A stretch of DNA of 56,906 bases from Octopus bimaculoides. Taxonomy: Eukaryota. The DNA lies in contig NC_068990.1 of the NCBI RefSeq assembly GCF_001194135.2, positions 31,304,277 to 31,361,182 of the forward strand, given 5' to 3'. Below the pieces are notes generated by a model. It did not search any database. It saw only the letters and a program-made list of their open reading frames with translations, and was not told the origin of the DNA. Position numbers and translations under genes: made by a program. Below, piece after piece: positions 1 to 11,779 of the stretch (position 1 is the first letter of the stretch; each line of letters starts with the position of its first letter).

Positions 1-49
<49 letters not shown>

Positions 50-81
50 TACACACACACATATATATATAGATACACACA

Positions 82-121
<40 letters not shown>

Positions 122-132
122 TACACACACAC

Positions 133-166
<34 letters not shown>

Positions 167-322
167 GATATATATATATATATATATATAGATAGATAGA
201 TATATATAGATATATATTGTATTTTGGGATGGTCATTTGTTTTTTTATTTTTGTTTGCCAAATATACATATATGCATATACATATATGTATATATATATA
301 TATATATGCATATATATATGTG

Positions 323-374
<52 letters not shown>

Positions 375-450
375 TGTGTATATATATTTATATATGTATG
401 TGTATATATATTTATATATATGTGTTTATATATATAGATATGTATGTATG
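1..450. repeat. Compound (TA)n/(GA)n/(CA)n/(TG)n microsatellite field
   Basis: Directly visible dinucleotide arrays; the YI/CV-rich ORFs here are artefacts of them. Confidence 0.97.
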
Positions 451-686
451 TACCATCATTGTTTTGATGTACACTTCCATTGAATGGACAGGATTTGTTG
501 GGGTGGGTTGTTGTACAGTTAGATACCCTTCCTGTTCTCAACTCTCATGTTTCCTTGTAAAGTAATAATTCCCCATAACCAGACATGTTTCACAGAAGAC
601 TGGAAATGAATGAAACTGCATGTATGTCAGCAATTACTTTACAACTCTCACATGAAGCCAAGAGAAAGGAACAATAAGACACACAC

Positions 687-721
<35 letters not shown>

Positions 722-723
<2 letters not shown>

Positions 724-826
724 AACCAAATTCACTCACATGGCTTTAATCAGCCTGGGGCTATAGCAGAAGACACTTGTTCAACGTGCTATACAGTGTG
801 TGACTGAGCTGAAACCACTCAACCAC
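722..826 (-). mobile_element. Degenerate head fragment of tRNA-derived SINE (family A)
   Basis: GGCTATAGCAGAAGACACTTG matches the other copies at 15880, 22260 and 22715; adjoins a (CA)n array. Confidence 0.75.
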
Positions 827-943
827 TTACATACATACATACACACACACACACCTACATACATATATGTATAGATTTAATTATTTTTCAACAAAAATAA
901 TATTGACAGTGACTTTGAAGTTTTGGCCAGCTAAGTCATCATT

Positions 944-991
944 AGACAGCCTGATGATGGCTTACCTCGCTGAAAGTGTGAATTCACTGTT
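944..991 (+). ncRNA. Candidate degenerate minimal type I hammerhead ribozyme in a Penelope-like terminal repeat
   Basis: CTGATGA 951-957, extra T, stem II GGC/GCT, GAAA 972-975, 3-bp stem III, UUC triplet 983-985, 5-bp stem I (945-949 with 987-991) with an A-C mismatch at the junction; AATAAA at 1014-1019. Confidence 0.45.
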
Positions 992-1237
992 AATAATGCT
1001 AGTCTTGTTAAACAATAAATTTGTACTCTACAAAAGTTTGGAGTAATCCTTCAGGTTAATTTTACATTGCTTTTATTATTGAACATAAAAACAAACATTA
1101 ATATACATATATGTTTATATATATGTATTTATAAATATTTATGTGTGTATGTATGTATATATATATATATACACATACATACATGCATGCATACATACAC
1201 ACACACATGCATATATATATGTATACACACAGGCATA

Positions 1238-1271
<34 letters not shown>

Positions 1272-1272
1272 T

Positions 1273-1694
1273 AGTTATCGCCAAGCCAACATGGCAGTCC
1301 CAAAATTAGGACGAAAGCTGCCGTGAATTAGCTCCAAGAAGCCATCGCCTCTAGCTAGCTATGTGACACACGAAACCTGTGTCCTTTATAACCTTCGAAC
1401 AGGGGAGGTCAGCAGCTCCCCCTTGCTGGTTTGGCATCTGCAGACTAGTTTCAGGGTGTTGCCCTTGTCAATGCAGAGCAGCCAAGCTCCAGCCAGAGCG
1501 CCGCCTGGTCATTCGGAGTTTTCTTTCCTCTGTCGAGTTCCAGATTATTTTTGCAATTTCTGCTGGTTATACTTGAGATTGCTCCAATCTGGCCAGCCCC
1601 AAGGAAAAACTAAGCTAAGAGCACTAGATTCCTTGGAAGACAGCAGCGAATGTATATGAAAACAAGGACGGAAAAAAAAAGGGAGAGTGTTACA
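1273..1694. mobile_element. GC-richer interspersed repeat, possible solo LTR
   Basis: ~420 bp of much higher GC than the flanks; termini AGTTA...TTACA approximate TG...CA; TATAAA on the minus strand near 1383-1388. No clean TSD. Confidence 0.4.
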
Positions 1695-3473
1695 GAAATA
1701 CAAATAACAGGACATACATATTTATATGAGAGAGAAAAATAGATAGATATTGATATATACATATATGTCTGCATCTGTGTGTGTGTGTGTGTGTGTGTTT
1801 ATACATGCATGCTTATATACATATACATGTATCACTGAAAGTTTTAACGTTTGAATAATTATGGATACTTAGAAAATGTTATTAAGTATTTGTTGAAATT
1901 AGATATGATTGTGCTATTCTATTGGTTCGCTAACAGATATGTGATATTCTACACATTCATGTGCATATTCAGAAGGGGAGATGCTTATTAAATTGGATAA
2001 TGATGACACTTGTTTTGGCAGCAATAGTAGCATTAGTATTTTTGTCTTAGTTTTTTTTTATCATTTATTTGTTTTGGTGCTGTCAGTTCCTTCCATTGTT
2101 TTAATGTATTCATATACAAAATTCTTAATGTTTTCTTGAAACTATATAGACTTGGTGCTCCTGAGTTTCATATCAATGTTAATATTGAGGAAACTCTGAA
2201 ACAACATCGACCTTTAGCTCTTATTTTTCCCATTTTATTGCAAGTTTGAAAATCTTGTTCAAATTTTCTCATCACAGTGTTAATTTTATTCATACAATTT
2301 TGTAACATAAATTATTAATTTTACGAAATAAAGCTTAAATGTAATAAAAAGTTTTCTGCAGTAGAAGAATTTAGTTTTTAAATCAGTGATTATCTGCATT
2401 TTAAATTTGTTACATCTCAGTCTTCCTGTTTAGTGAAAAAGTTTCTAATTCATAAAATGGAAAAGAAAACGAAGACTAATCAAGAAATTTCAGTAAAAAT
2501 AAATTGAAGATTAATAGAAATTAGCTTACATCAATAATCCTATTTTATATATTAATTACACATTTAATTAGAGGAAAATATGTTTTGACTTTGCATTATA
2601 TATTTAGTTGATGAGTGTGTTTATCTATGAAGCTACCTACTAACTTTCAGTTAGTTTTCTTAAAAATTACTTTCACAAGAAAAACATTTCTTTTTTTTTT
2701 TTTGTTTTGTCTTCCTTTACTATCAGTATTTTGATTTCTAATATCAGTATGTTTGCCAATATTATAACACATTTTCAATCTGTTTTCATACTTTACCTTT
2801 CTTTCAAATTCACATATTAACATAGATATCCATCTTTTTCATTGTTTTCAAGAAAAATTATTATCTAGATTTCATCTCAAAAGAATTGAAGATATAGTGG
2901 GAACTTTAGAAACTTTGCTTGCTGAAGTTATTCTTGGTGAAGTTATCTCTCTTTAGTAGTTTTAAATATTGGAACTACTCAAGTGTAATATTTCCCTTGA
3001 TATTTGTATTTGTAATCATTTGCCATGGCCTGAAGATGAAATATCACACGAAAGTTAAGTTAAACAATGTTACTTAGAAGGTGAATTGTTTGCAGTTCCC
3101 TAAACAATTGCTAATTGAGAATATTGTTAATTGCTGTGGTGTAGCATGCAGTTGAATTGGTGACACTTGAGACTTGTGCAAGTGACTTATTGACAGTATA
3201 TGCATCTTCTTTAACAGCTCCGCTATTTATTTATTTATTGTTTTCTTAATTTCACCCATTTTGTTCTATCTCATTTTATTAACGGTTCAGAAATTATTTT
3301 AAATTTTAAAATAATGGTATTTTATGAGAAGAGATGTTATATAAAATGAACTTATTGCAACTAGATTAAAGTTGTGTGCTGTTCATTTCAGAATTTTTAA
3401 GAATGTGTTAAATGAAGTATTCCTTTTTTGATTACCAGAAAAGATTTTTGTTTTGCCACCAAAAACAATTTCC

Positions 3474-3476
3474 ATA

Positions 3477-3527
<51 letters not shown>

Positions 3528-3665
3528 TTAATGCCTATGTTCCATGCTGGCATGGGTTGGAGAGTTGGACAATATTTGATATACTTGAAAATGTTATTAG
3601 TCTCCAGTGTCTGCTTTTGCATGGTTCATGCAGCTGGATCACCTTCCTATTACCAGCCGTTGGAT
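3474..3665 (-). mobile_element. RTE-type 3-prime tail fragment with (CAT)n
   Basis: (CAT)n-TTAATG...TTCCATGCTGGCATGGGTTGGA is the reverse complement of the LINE tail at 19860-19913. Confidence 0.75.
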
Positions 3666-4382
3666 AAGATTGAGCGGGGGTTGATCAATGATCCATGAGA
3701 CAAAGGTTTCTTTTCAGATCATCTACTATAGTGTTTTCTCTGTTTTTACTTCAAGCATTGCGGATGAGGGATTCTGAAATATTTGACTTGAAATGTTTTT
3801 TAAAATTTTCATGACAAAATTATAGTAAAATTTGGCACAAAGCTCTATGTCTTATCATTAATTTTACTCTGTAAGATCCTTCTCAGAATTCTGAAACCTT
3901 TTGAATGTTTCTTTTTTATCACAAAATGGATAATATTGTCACAGTGTGGCAACAATCTACTAAAAATACTCCCCTCCCTTTACTGTTAAGACTATACATT
4001 AATCCCTATTTTTGTAAGCAGTTGTATCCGTAAAAATTTTATTTGCAGAGAGCAGAAATTGAAAGAAGATATATGAAATGGTCGTGTGTGTGTATTTTTA
4101 CGATAGTTGATTTATGGAAAAGATTATATGAAATTTTTGAAATGCAAATATGTGAATGAAAATTAAGTTCAGACCTCTACATGGTAGCTAGACCTGGTAG
4201 AAATAGCAGCCAAATCTCCCTCAAAACACCCTACTGTTTTAATCCGACAATTCTGCCTGTTATGTAGTTTGAATGAGAGACTGTAACTAAAGATTAAGAT
4301 TATTAACCCCACAAAGAGGTGAAAGAAGAGAGACAGCATAGCGAAACTTTTGGTTGACTGTCATCCTGTACTCCCCTTGTTG

Positions 4383-4686
4383 CTAGCGAAATGGTATATG
4401 CTGGCTGTGTGAGCAACGGGTTGTTTTAATGGCTGAACAAACAGGGGAATTCCATTAGAAAAAGTTTTAATCGATTTTCTCGGTAACTATGGGGGCTAGA
4501 AAAAAAATACAAACCACATTCCAATCTATACACCCGTCTCCACATGTGTGCCATTTTTCAGGCAAATCCACCCAGCCGTTTGGTTGTGAACCTCAAGACA
4601 AGAAAGAATACAACGGTCGCCCATGTCCAATTTATATTACACAAGAAAGAATACAACGCTCGGCCAACTTCAATTTATATTATAGA
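4383..4686 (-). mobile_element. Non-autonomous Helitron-like element
   Basis: Minus strand starts A|TCTATAATATAAA and contains TCACAACCAAACGGCTGGGTGGATTTGCCTGAAAAATGGCACA, resembling Lep1-type Helitron internal motifs. It ends in CTAG after a decayed CCCGT hairpin. The base after CTAG is C rather than the expected T. Confidence 0.55.
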
Positions 4687-4924
4687 TTAAGCATTACAGC
4701 AGTATCATAACTAAAAAGTTTTGCACTTAAAAGGTGTTTTTGTAAATGATGAAACAAAACTGTTACTATATGTTTAAATCAAGTAATTAACTTTGAGTTT
4801 TTATCTCTATTATAATAATTTTTATGAGAAATTGGTCTATCTGTGCTAGTTATGTTATGTTTGTCTTGATTTCTGTTGGTTTTGACAAACTCCCTTACTG
4901 TCTATATTTGTTAGTTTTTTTTAA

Positions 4925-5226
4925 TTGATGAGGCAATGACAAATATACGAGACCTTTGGTAATATGCTGTTTTTGAGTAAAAGACCCATCAAGCCAAGTA
5001 AAATTGTAGTCGTGGCAGATACTGGTGTCTTGTAACTGACTTATGTGCCAGTGGCACATAAAAGCACCTGTTACACTCTTGGAGTGGTTAGTGTTAGGAG
5101 GGGTATCAAGCTGTAGAAACCATGCCAAATCAGACTAGAGTCTGGTGCAGCCCCTCAGCTTGCCATTCCTGGTTAAACCATCCAACCCATGCCAACATGG
5201 ACAACAGACGTTAAATGATGATGATG
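4925..5226 (+). mobile_element. 5-prime truncated RTE-clade LINE 3-prime end
   Basis: Shares the ORF end, GTGCCAGTGGCACATAAAAGCACC hairpin unit, GGAGTGGTT...AGG...GCTGTAGAAAC tail and (GAT)n with the copy at 19670-19913. Confidence 0.85.
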
Positions 5227-5691
5227 TTGCTAGAATTACTGTTGATTATTTATAGGGTTTTCTTTGTTGTTTATTGTGGATTGTTGACAGTATTTTACAG
5301 TTCAAAGTCTGAATATAAGCACCTTCACTCTTTTATCCTACATTATGTTTCCCATGTTGGAATATGTCTTCTTAAGACCCTAGCATGGAAAACACATTAT
5401 TTTGGGAATCCAAATATTAAATATCATAAGATAGTGATTTTTGTACCTGTAGTATTTTAGGTCTGAACACAGATTCTTATTTTCTAGATGAAGAGGTATC
5501 TTTATCTTACTTGGTTCGTTCTGCTTTGGCAAAGATATTAAAATGAAGTCTAATATATTACTAGTACATATGAAGGCTAAAAGTTACTTCATGAAAGATT
5601 TTATAATAATAAAAATCATTATCAATTCTACTTTTTTGCTTATTGTATTATAGTTAGATTTACCTTCCATTTTTTTTTTTTTTCCATATAG

Positions 5692-5878
5692 AATTTAAAA
5701 CAACCTCCTTCCCTTGAGGATTTACCAACATTGTTACCAAAAGAGCAATTAGTTGACTCACGAAATGTGCAGCCTCCATCAACAAGTCCACCAAAACCCG
5801 GAGTAGAGAGACAAACTGGAAACCAAAATATTTCTCAACCTCATCAACCAACTACTTCAACACCTAGTACGAATAGCA
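5692..5878 (+). CDS. dve: Probable internal coding exon, Pro/Ser/Thr-rich region upstream of the Compass domain (NLKQPPSLEDLP...TSTPSTNS)
   Basis: Long poly-T acceptor ending CCATATAG at 5691 and perfect GTAAGT donor at 5879. Only one frame is open. The phase-1 end joins the next exon as A+GT = Ser. Linkage across 34 kb is inferred from phase only. Confidence 0.75.
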
Positions 5879-7100
5879 GTAAGTATTACAATATTTTAAT
5901 GGATTTGTGAAAAGAAAATCTTTTTGATCAGAACATTGGTTGAGACTGGTTTTTGCCATATGGTTGTACAGTGTAAAGTTTACTGTTATAGAATTTAAAC
6001 AATTTGCGTTAGGAAATAACTTTCCTTGTCTCTCTACTTTAAATGAATATGATAAATATAAAAGTAACTCAAGTGATGAAAATATATTTACCTAATCTCT
6101 TAGAAAAATTGACTGCATCAGCTTCATAGCCGAATGCTCTTTTGGCATCTCCCAGAAGAAAAAAGTTAAATGTAACTACATAAGAGATAGCTTCATTCTT
6201 ATTATTCTTTGTAAAAATATGTAAGTAAAGGTTTTGCGATGCAATAGTTCCTCCATCATTAATCTTGGTGTATAGGTTGCACTTATTAAAATAGATATAC
6301 CAATTTAAATTGGGTGGTGATCCATATTATCATGTCTGATATCTGTGTACATTTCTTAAATTTCCACAAAGCCAAATTAAAATGAAATACATTGCAAATA
6401 AATTATCATTAAAATCTAGTTAAAATTACCTAGAGATTTTTGTTAAATGAACAGATTATCAACACCAAAAAAAAAGAAAGAAAAGAAAAAACCTAAATAC
6501 AATCAAGCAGAAAATCTCAAGTAAATATTCCAATTAAGATAAATCTTAGAAATAACCACCAAAGAAAGAATATTACTATGCCCTGAAATGCAATGTTATA
6601 TCACTAGTTCTTTGAAGCATAGCCACAAAAAAATACACTGGATACTTTCTTAGTTTTGAATCACCTGAAGGTTTTTTTTTTTATATTGCATTTTCTTGAT
6701 AACTGTAGCTGTATAAAAAACAAAATATGGTTGAAGCTGCTTGTTATAGTCACAGTTAGTGTTATCAAATGGATATAGATTTAAAATGAATTAAAAATTA
6801 TCCACTATTGGCATCAAAGTTCTGGACACTTTTCACGTAAACACAGCTATTATGAAGATATAAAGAAAAACAGACTAATGATGGGGATGTGGTTGGTGGC
6901 TTTTGTGGTTTTAATGAGAGAATCATGTTGGTGCTAGGAGTAAAGGTGCTAATGTTTATAGTTGGCCATTGTTGCTAGCAGTATTGATGTGGGTATGTCT
7001 GTATACATATGTGTGTATGTATTTATATATATGCAATCATGTGCAACATACATGCATGCACACACACACATATGCACTCATATGTGATATACATACACAC

Positions 7101-7164
<64 letters not shown>

Positions 7165-7215
7165 GTCTGGGGAGAGTCATTCTCATTTAGTGCCTCATTA
7201 TTTAACACACTCACC

Positions 7216-7643
7216 AGTAAAGTTTCCACTCATTTACTTAGTTATTTTTCCTAAAATTTTCATTGCATCTTGCAACCTTTTCAATAGCCATTGTCTGTGT
7301 CCATTATCTGAGCTGCATTCTTTTTGTTTGTTTGTGTGCATGTGTGTGCACATGTATGCATGCATGCATGCAAGCATGTGTATGCATGTTTGTGTGTGTG
7401 TGTGTGTGTGCATATGTATATATGTATATATATGTGTACGTTTGTATGTATGTATTTTGTATATTCATGTTTTTGTGTGTTTTTATGTGTGTGTGTACCT
7501 CTGTCCCCTTGTGTGCATGTCTGAGTGTGTCTATGTATGGGTTTTTGTGAATATGTACTGTGTCTGTATGTATGGATGTATGTCTCCATGTGTATCCTTG
7601 TGTCAAATGAAGTGTATGTGTATATGGTCACGTGTTTCAATCT
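7216..7643 (+). repeat. Left arm of long imperfect inverted repeat
   Basis: AGTAAAGTTTCCACTCATTTACT...ATATGGTCACGTGTTTCAATCT is colinear with the reverse complement of 7891-8328. Confidence 0.92.
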
Positions 7644-7890
7644 TTGTTTGCATATGTATGTGTGTATGTGTGCTTGTCTGTTCATATTACCTATGTACCT
7701 ATCAATCTGTATGTCTACCTGTTTACATTTATATCCATTTGCCTACATACATGTGCACATGCATATACGTATACATATATATATACACACACACACGCAT
7801 ATACATCTACATAACAGGCCACTAACTATTCTACCTGTATATAAATATAAACTGTATGGGGGTATGATTACCTACTACAGTAGGAAATGT

Positions 7891-8328
7891 AGACTGAAAC
7901 ATGTGACCATATACACACACTTCACTTCATACAAGGTCACATATGGAGACACACATCCATACATACAGACACAGTACACAGTCACAAAAACCCATACACA
8001 GACACACTCAGACATGCACACACAAGGAGACAAAGGTACACACACACACATCCAAACACACACACACACATAAAAGTATACAAACATGAACATGCAGAAT
8101 ATATACATACAAACATACACACATACATATACACATATGCACACACATACGCGAACATACATGCATACACACACTTACATACATACATGTGTTTGTGCAC
8201 ATACATGCACACAAACAAACAAAAAGAATGCAGCTCGGATAATGGACAGTCAAAGACTATAGAAAAGGATGCAAGAGGCAACAAAAATTTTAGGCAAAAT
8301 AAGTTAGTAAATGAGTGGAAACTTTACT
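7891..8328 (-). repeat. Right arm of long imperfect inverted repeat
   Basis: AGACTGAAACATGTGACCATAT...AGTAAATGAGTGGAAACTTTACT; matches extend through non-microsatellite sequence. Confidence 0.92.
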
Positions 8329-8394
<66 letters not shown>

Positions 8395-8395
<1 letters not shown>

Positions 8396-8760
8396 AAGTC
8401 TGCTATAGCTGCACAAAAACACGTACCATGTAATCACTAATTTATAATGCCACTACACACACAACACTCTGAACAAAGATGCAGGTGCATAAAAGCTAAG
8501 ATATTCCCACTACATAGAGATTGCTTATAATCTATCACAGTCTTTAGAGCAACACTTTTACAGGAAGGACAAGCAGAAAAGAATCTATATTGGTACTACT
8601 AGCCAAACCCTTAAAGACAGATACATGCACATTCTGAGCATTACACAAAACAGATGCAATCTCCCTGTCCAAAACACCTCTGGGACTTAAAACAAAATAA
8701 CCACAGGTATGAAATGGGAAGTTATATACCATGATCAAATGTAATTTGCTCTGATTATGT
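8395..8760 (+). mobile_element. Penelope-like element remnant, GIY-YIG endonuclease region
   Basis: Across frameshifts reads KVCYSCTK, HNTL, CRCIKAKIFPLHRDCL, IIY, YIGTTSQTLKDRY (YIG at 8586-8594), HLWDLK and KCNL, in the motif order of PLE endonucleases. Confidence 0.8.
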
Positions 8761-8915
8761 CACAATGGAAACAATGAAAATCAAAATATATATATTATCA
8801 TCATCAGGTAGTATCTGGAAACACCCACATACGTAAAAACGAGACCCCCCCCCCACACACGACATACAAAAGAATACTCATTACTGTTACACACTTTATA
8901 TGTGTNNNNNNNNNN

Positions 8916-8975
<60 letters not shown>

Positions 8976-9352
8976 CTGTTGCATATATATATATTGTCTG
9001 TTGCATATATTTATGTGTATATGTGGAGTACATGTGCATGTGTTTGTATAATGCATATATGGGTATATGTACCTATGTGTGTAATACATGCTTAGGTATG
9101 TATATAAATATATATATATATTTATGCATATATACATATGTATACGTACATACTTACATGTATACGTATATACATATGCATATGTGAGCACAGGACATCA
9201 CAAAACGTAAACAACAAAACATACGAAGTATGAGATCATGGAATATGAACTTTTTTTTGCGAACAACGAAAGAATCAAATGGAAAACAAGACAAACAACA
9301 CAAAGAATGACCCTTCATCAGCTGCCGGCTGTTTTTCTAATCTGTATTTTGA

Positions 9353-9384
<32 letters not shown>

Positions 9385-10210
9385 NNNNNNNNNNNNNNNN
9401 NNNNNNNNNNNNNNNNNNNNNNNNNNNNNNNNNNNNNNNNNNNNNNNNNNNNNNNNNNNNNNNNNNNNNNNNNNNNNNNNNNNNNNNNNNNNNNNNNNNN
9501 NNNNNNNNNNNNNNNNNNNNNNNNNNNNNNNNNNNNNNNNNNNNNNNNNNNNNNNNNNNNNNNNNNNNNNNNNNNNNNNNNNNNNNNNNNNNNNNNNNNN
9601 NNNNNNNNNNNNNNNNNNNNNNNNNNNNNNNNNNNNNNNNNNNNNNNNNNNNNNNNNNNNNNNNNNNNNNNNNNNNNNNNNNNNNNNNNNNNNNNNNNNN
9701 NNNNNNNNNNNNNNNNNNNNNNNNNNNNNNNNNNNNNNNNNNNNNNNNNNNNNNNNNNNNNNNNNNNNNNNNNNNNNNNNNNNNNNNNNNNNNNNNNNNN
9801 NNNNNNNNNNNNNNNNNNNNNNNNNNNNNNNNNNNNNNNNNNNNNNNNNNNNNNNNNNNNNNNNNNNNNNNNNNNNNNNNNNNNNNNNNNNNNNNNNNNN
9901 NNNNNNNNNNNNNNNNNNNNNNNNNNNNNNNNNNNNNNNNNNNNNNNNNNNNNNNNNNNNNNNNNNNNNNNNNNNNNNNNNNNNNNNNNNNNNNNNNNNN
10001 NNNNNNNNNNNNNNNNNNNNNNNNNNNNNNNNNNNNNNNNNNNNNNNNNNNNNNNNNNNNNNNNNNNNNNNNNNNNNNNNNNNNNNNNNNNNNNNNNNNN
10101 NNNNNNNNNNNNNNNNNNNNNNNNNNNNNNNNNNNNNNNNNNNNNNNNNNNNNNNNNNNNNNNNNNNNNNNNNNNNNNNNNNNNNNNNNNNNNNNNNNNN
10201 NNNNNNNNNN
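9385..10210. other. Assembly gap (N run); other gaps at 8906-8915, 18913-19669, 39586-39709 and 49650-49985
   Basis: Runs of N; long ORFs spanning them are artefacts. Confidence 0.99.
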
Positions 10211-10285
10211 NATATATATATATATATACACACGCACACACATATATATGTATGTATATATATTTGTGTGTGTGTATATACATAT

Positions 10286-10510
10286 AAGAAGGCCTGTACT
10301 CCACAACAGAAGTGTTAAGGTCACTTTCCCTGGTAAAAAGGGTTGGCCTGCAAGAATCCTGTGCTGGCACCATGTCAAAGAATAGTCATGCTAGTGTCAC
10401 GCAAAGGCACTCATGCACTCACAGTAAAGTGGTTGGCGTTTTGAAGGACATCCAGCTGCAGAAACCATGTCAGATCAGACTGGAACCTGATGCAGATCTC
10501 CAGCTTGCCA
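10286..10510 (+). mobile_element. Repeat fragment carrying the RTE-type tail
   Basis: GTGGTTGGCGTTTTGAAGGACATCCAGCTGCAGAAACCATGTCAGATCAGACTGG matches the tail at 19755-19815; upstream part differs. Confidence 0.7.
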
Positions 10511-11535
10511 CTGACATGAGAGCCCGTCAGGCAGTACTGGTATCCGTCACGTTCAAATGGTGCTTTTTATATGCCACCTGCACAGGAGCCAGTCCAGCGG
10601 CACTGGGGCAATGACCAAGCTCGAATGGTGCTTTTTTTACGTGCCACTGGCACGGGAACCAGTCAGTGGCCATGCTAGGATGGTGCTTTTAATGTTCCAC
10701 TGGCACAGGTGGTACTGTCATTGGCCATGACAGCGATTTCACTTGCCTCAACAGGTCTTTGCAAGCATAGTTTATTGTCTAATGATTGAAGGGTACTCTT
10801 AAATGGGTTGGTTATACAGCACTGGCATAGGCCACGGCTATGGTCTCACTTGACTTGCCGGGTCTTCTGAAGCACAGCATATCTCCAAAGGTCTCAGTCA
10901 CTTGTTATTGCCTCGGTGAGGCCCAATGTTCAAAGGTCATGCTTCACCACCTTATCCCAGGTCTTCCTGGGTCTCCCTCTTCCGCAGGTTCCCTCAACTG
11001 CTAGGGTGTGACACTTTTTCACACAGCTGTCCTCCTCCATTCACAACACATGACCATACCAGCGCAGTCATCTCTCTTGCACACCACATCTGATGCTTCT
11101 TATGTCAAGCATTTCTCTCAGGGCGCTTACACTCTGTCATGTATGCACACTGACATTGCACATCCAGCAGAGCATACTAGCTTCATTCCTTCCAAACTTA
11201 CGTATGGCCTCAGCAGTCACAGCCCATGTTTCACTGTCATGTAGCATAGCTGTTCACATACATGTGTCATAGTCTACCTTTTACTCTGAGCGAAAGGCCC
11301 TTTGTCACCAGCAGAGGTAGGAGCTCACTGAACTTTGCCCAGGCTATCATTACTCTAGCAGCTACACTTTCAGAGCATCCACATCCACTACTAACTTGGT
11401 CACCTAGGTAATGGAAGTTATCAACTACTTGTAGTTTTTTCCCATGCACATTTTCAGTGTTTATTGCTTCTGAGCATTTTCCACACACAAAAATTATCTT
11501 CCCAATTGGCCTTCCTTTGATATTGCTGCACCTCG
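10511..11535 (-). mobile_element. 5-prime truncated RTE-clade LINE (post-RT region and 3-prime UTR repeats)
   Basis: RCSNIKGR...FVCGKC...VVDNFHYLGDQVSSGCGCSESVAARVMIAWAKFSELLPLLVTKGLSLRVKGRL, then stops. The ATGGTGCTTTT repeat units lie at 10557, 10625 and 10680. Confidence 0.92.
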
Positions 11536-11538
11536 ATA

Positions 11539-11609
<71 letters not shown>

Positions 11610-11779
11610 TAATAATGATATTGGGTCATCCATAAATAATGCGATGTTTTTTCAATTGCATGAACTAAAAGTCGGAGGAGGGTAAGATAAACTTGCAATA
11701 AAAACAGGTAGTCATTTTACCTTGTATTTATTCTTAGTGGAAGTTTTGAAGAGTGCAGTTCAATATGTGTATATATGTG

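Noticed and set aside
592-630. CAGAAGA...GAAACTGCATGTA hammerhead-like relic
   Set aside because: Core U4 is mutated, and there is no stem II and only 2 bp of stem I.
217-1326. ORFs rich in YI, CV, HT repeats (also 6969-9191, 45266-45478)
   Set aside because: Translations of dinucleotide microsatellites.
3030-3062. CTGAAGA...GAAA hammerhead-like boxes
   Set aside because: Stem II and stem I do not pair convincingly and stem III has a G-G; at most a decayed relic.
5819-5953. Exon 1 / intron complementarity (8 bp plus 7 bp)
   Set aside because: Split by a large asymmetric loop and AT-rich; plausible by chance.
9190-9356. Minus-strand CTGATGA within an unclassified repeat
   Set aside because: No downstream GAAA box found; no ribozyme can be drawn.
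9238-10385. Long ORFs of 275-414 aa (also 18594-19838, 49410-50084)
   Set aside because: Length comes from N gaps; only the LINE part of 18598-18912 is real coding-derived sequence.
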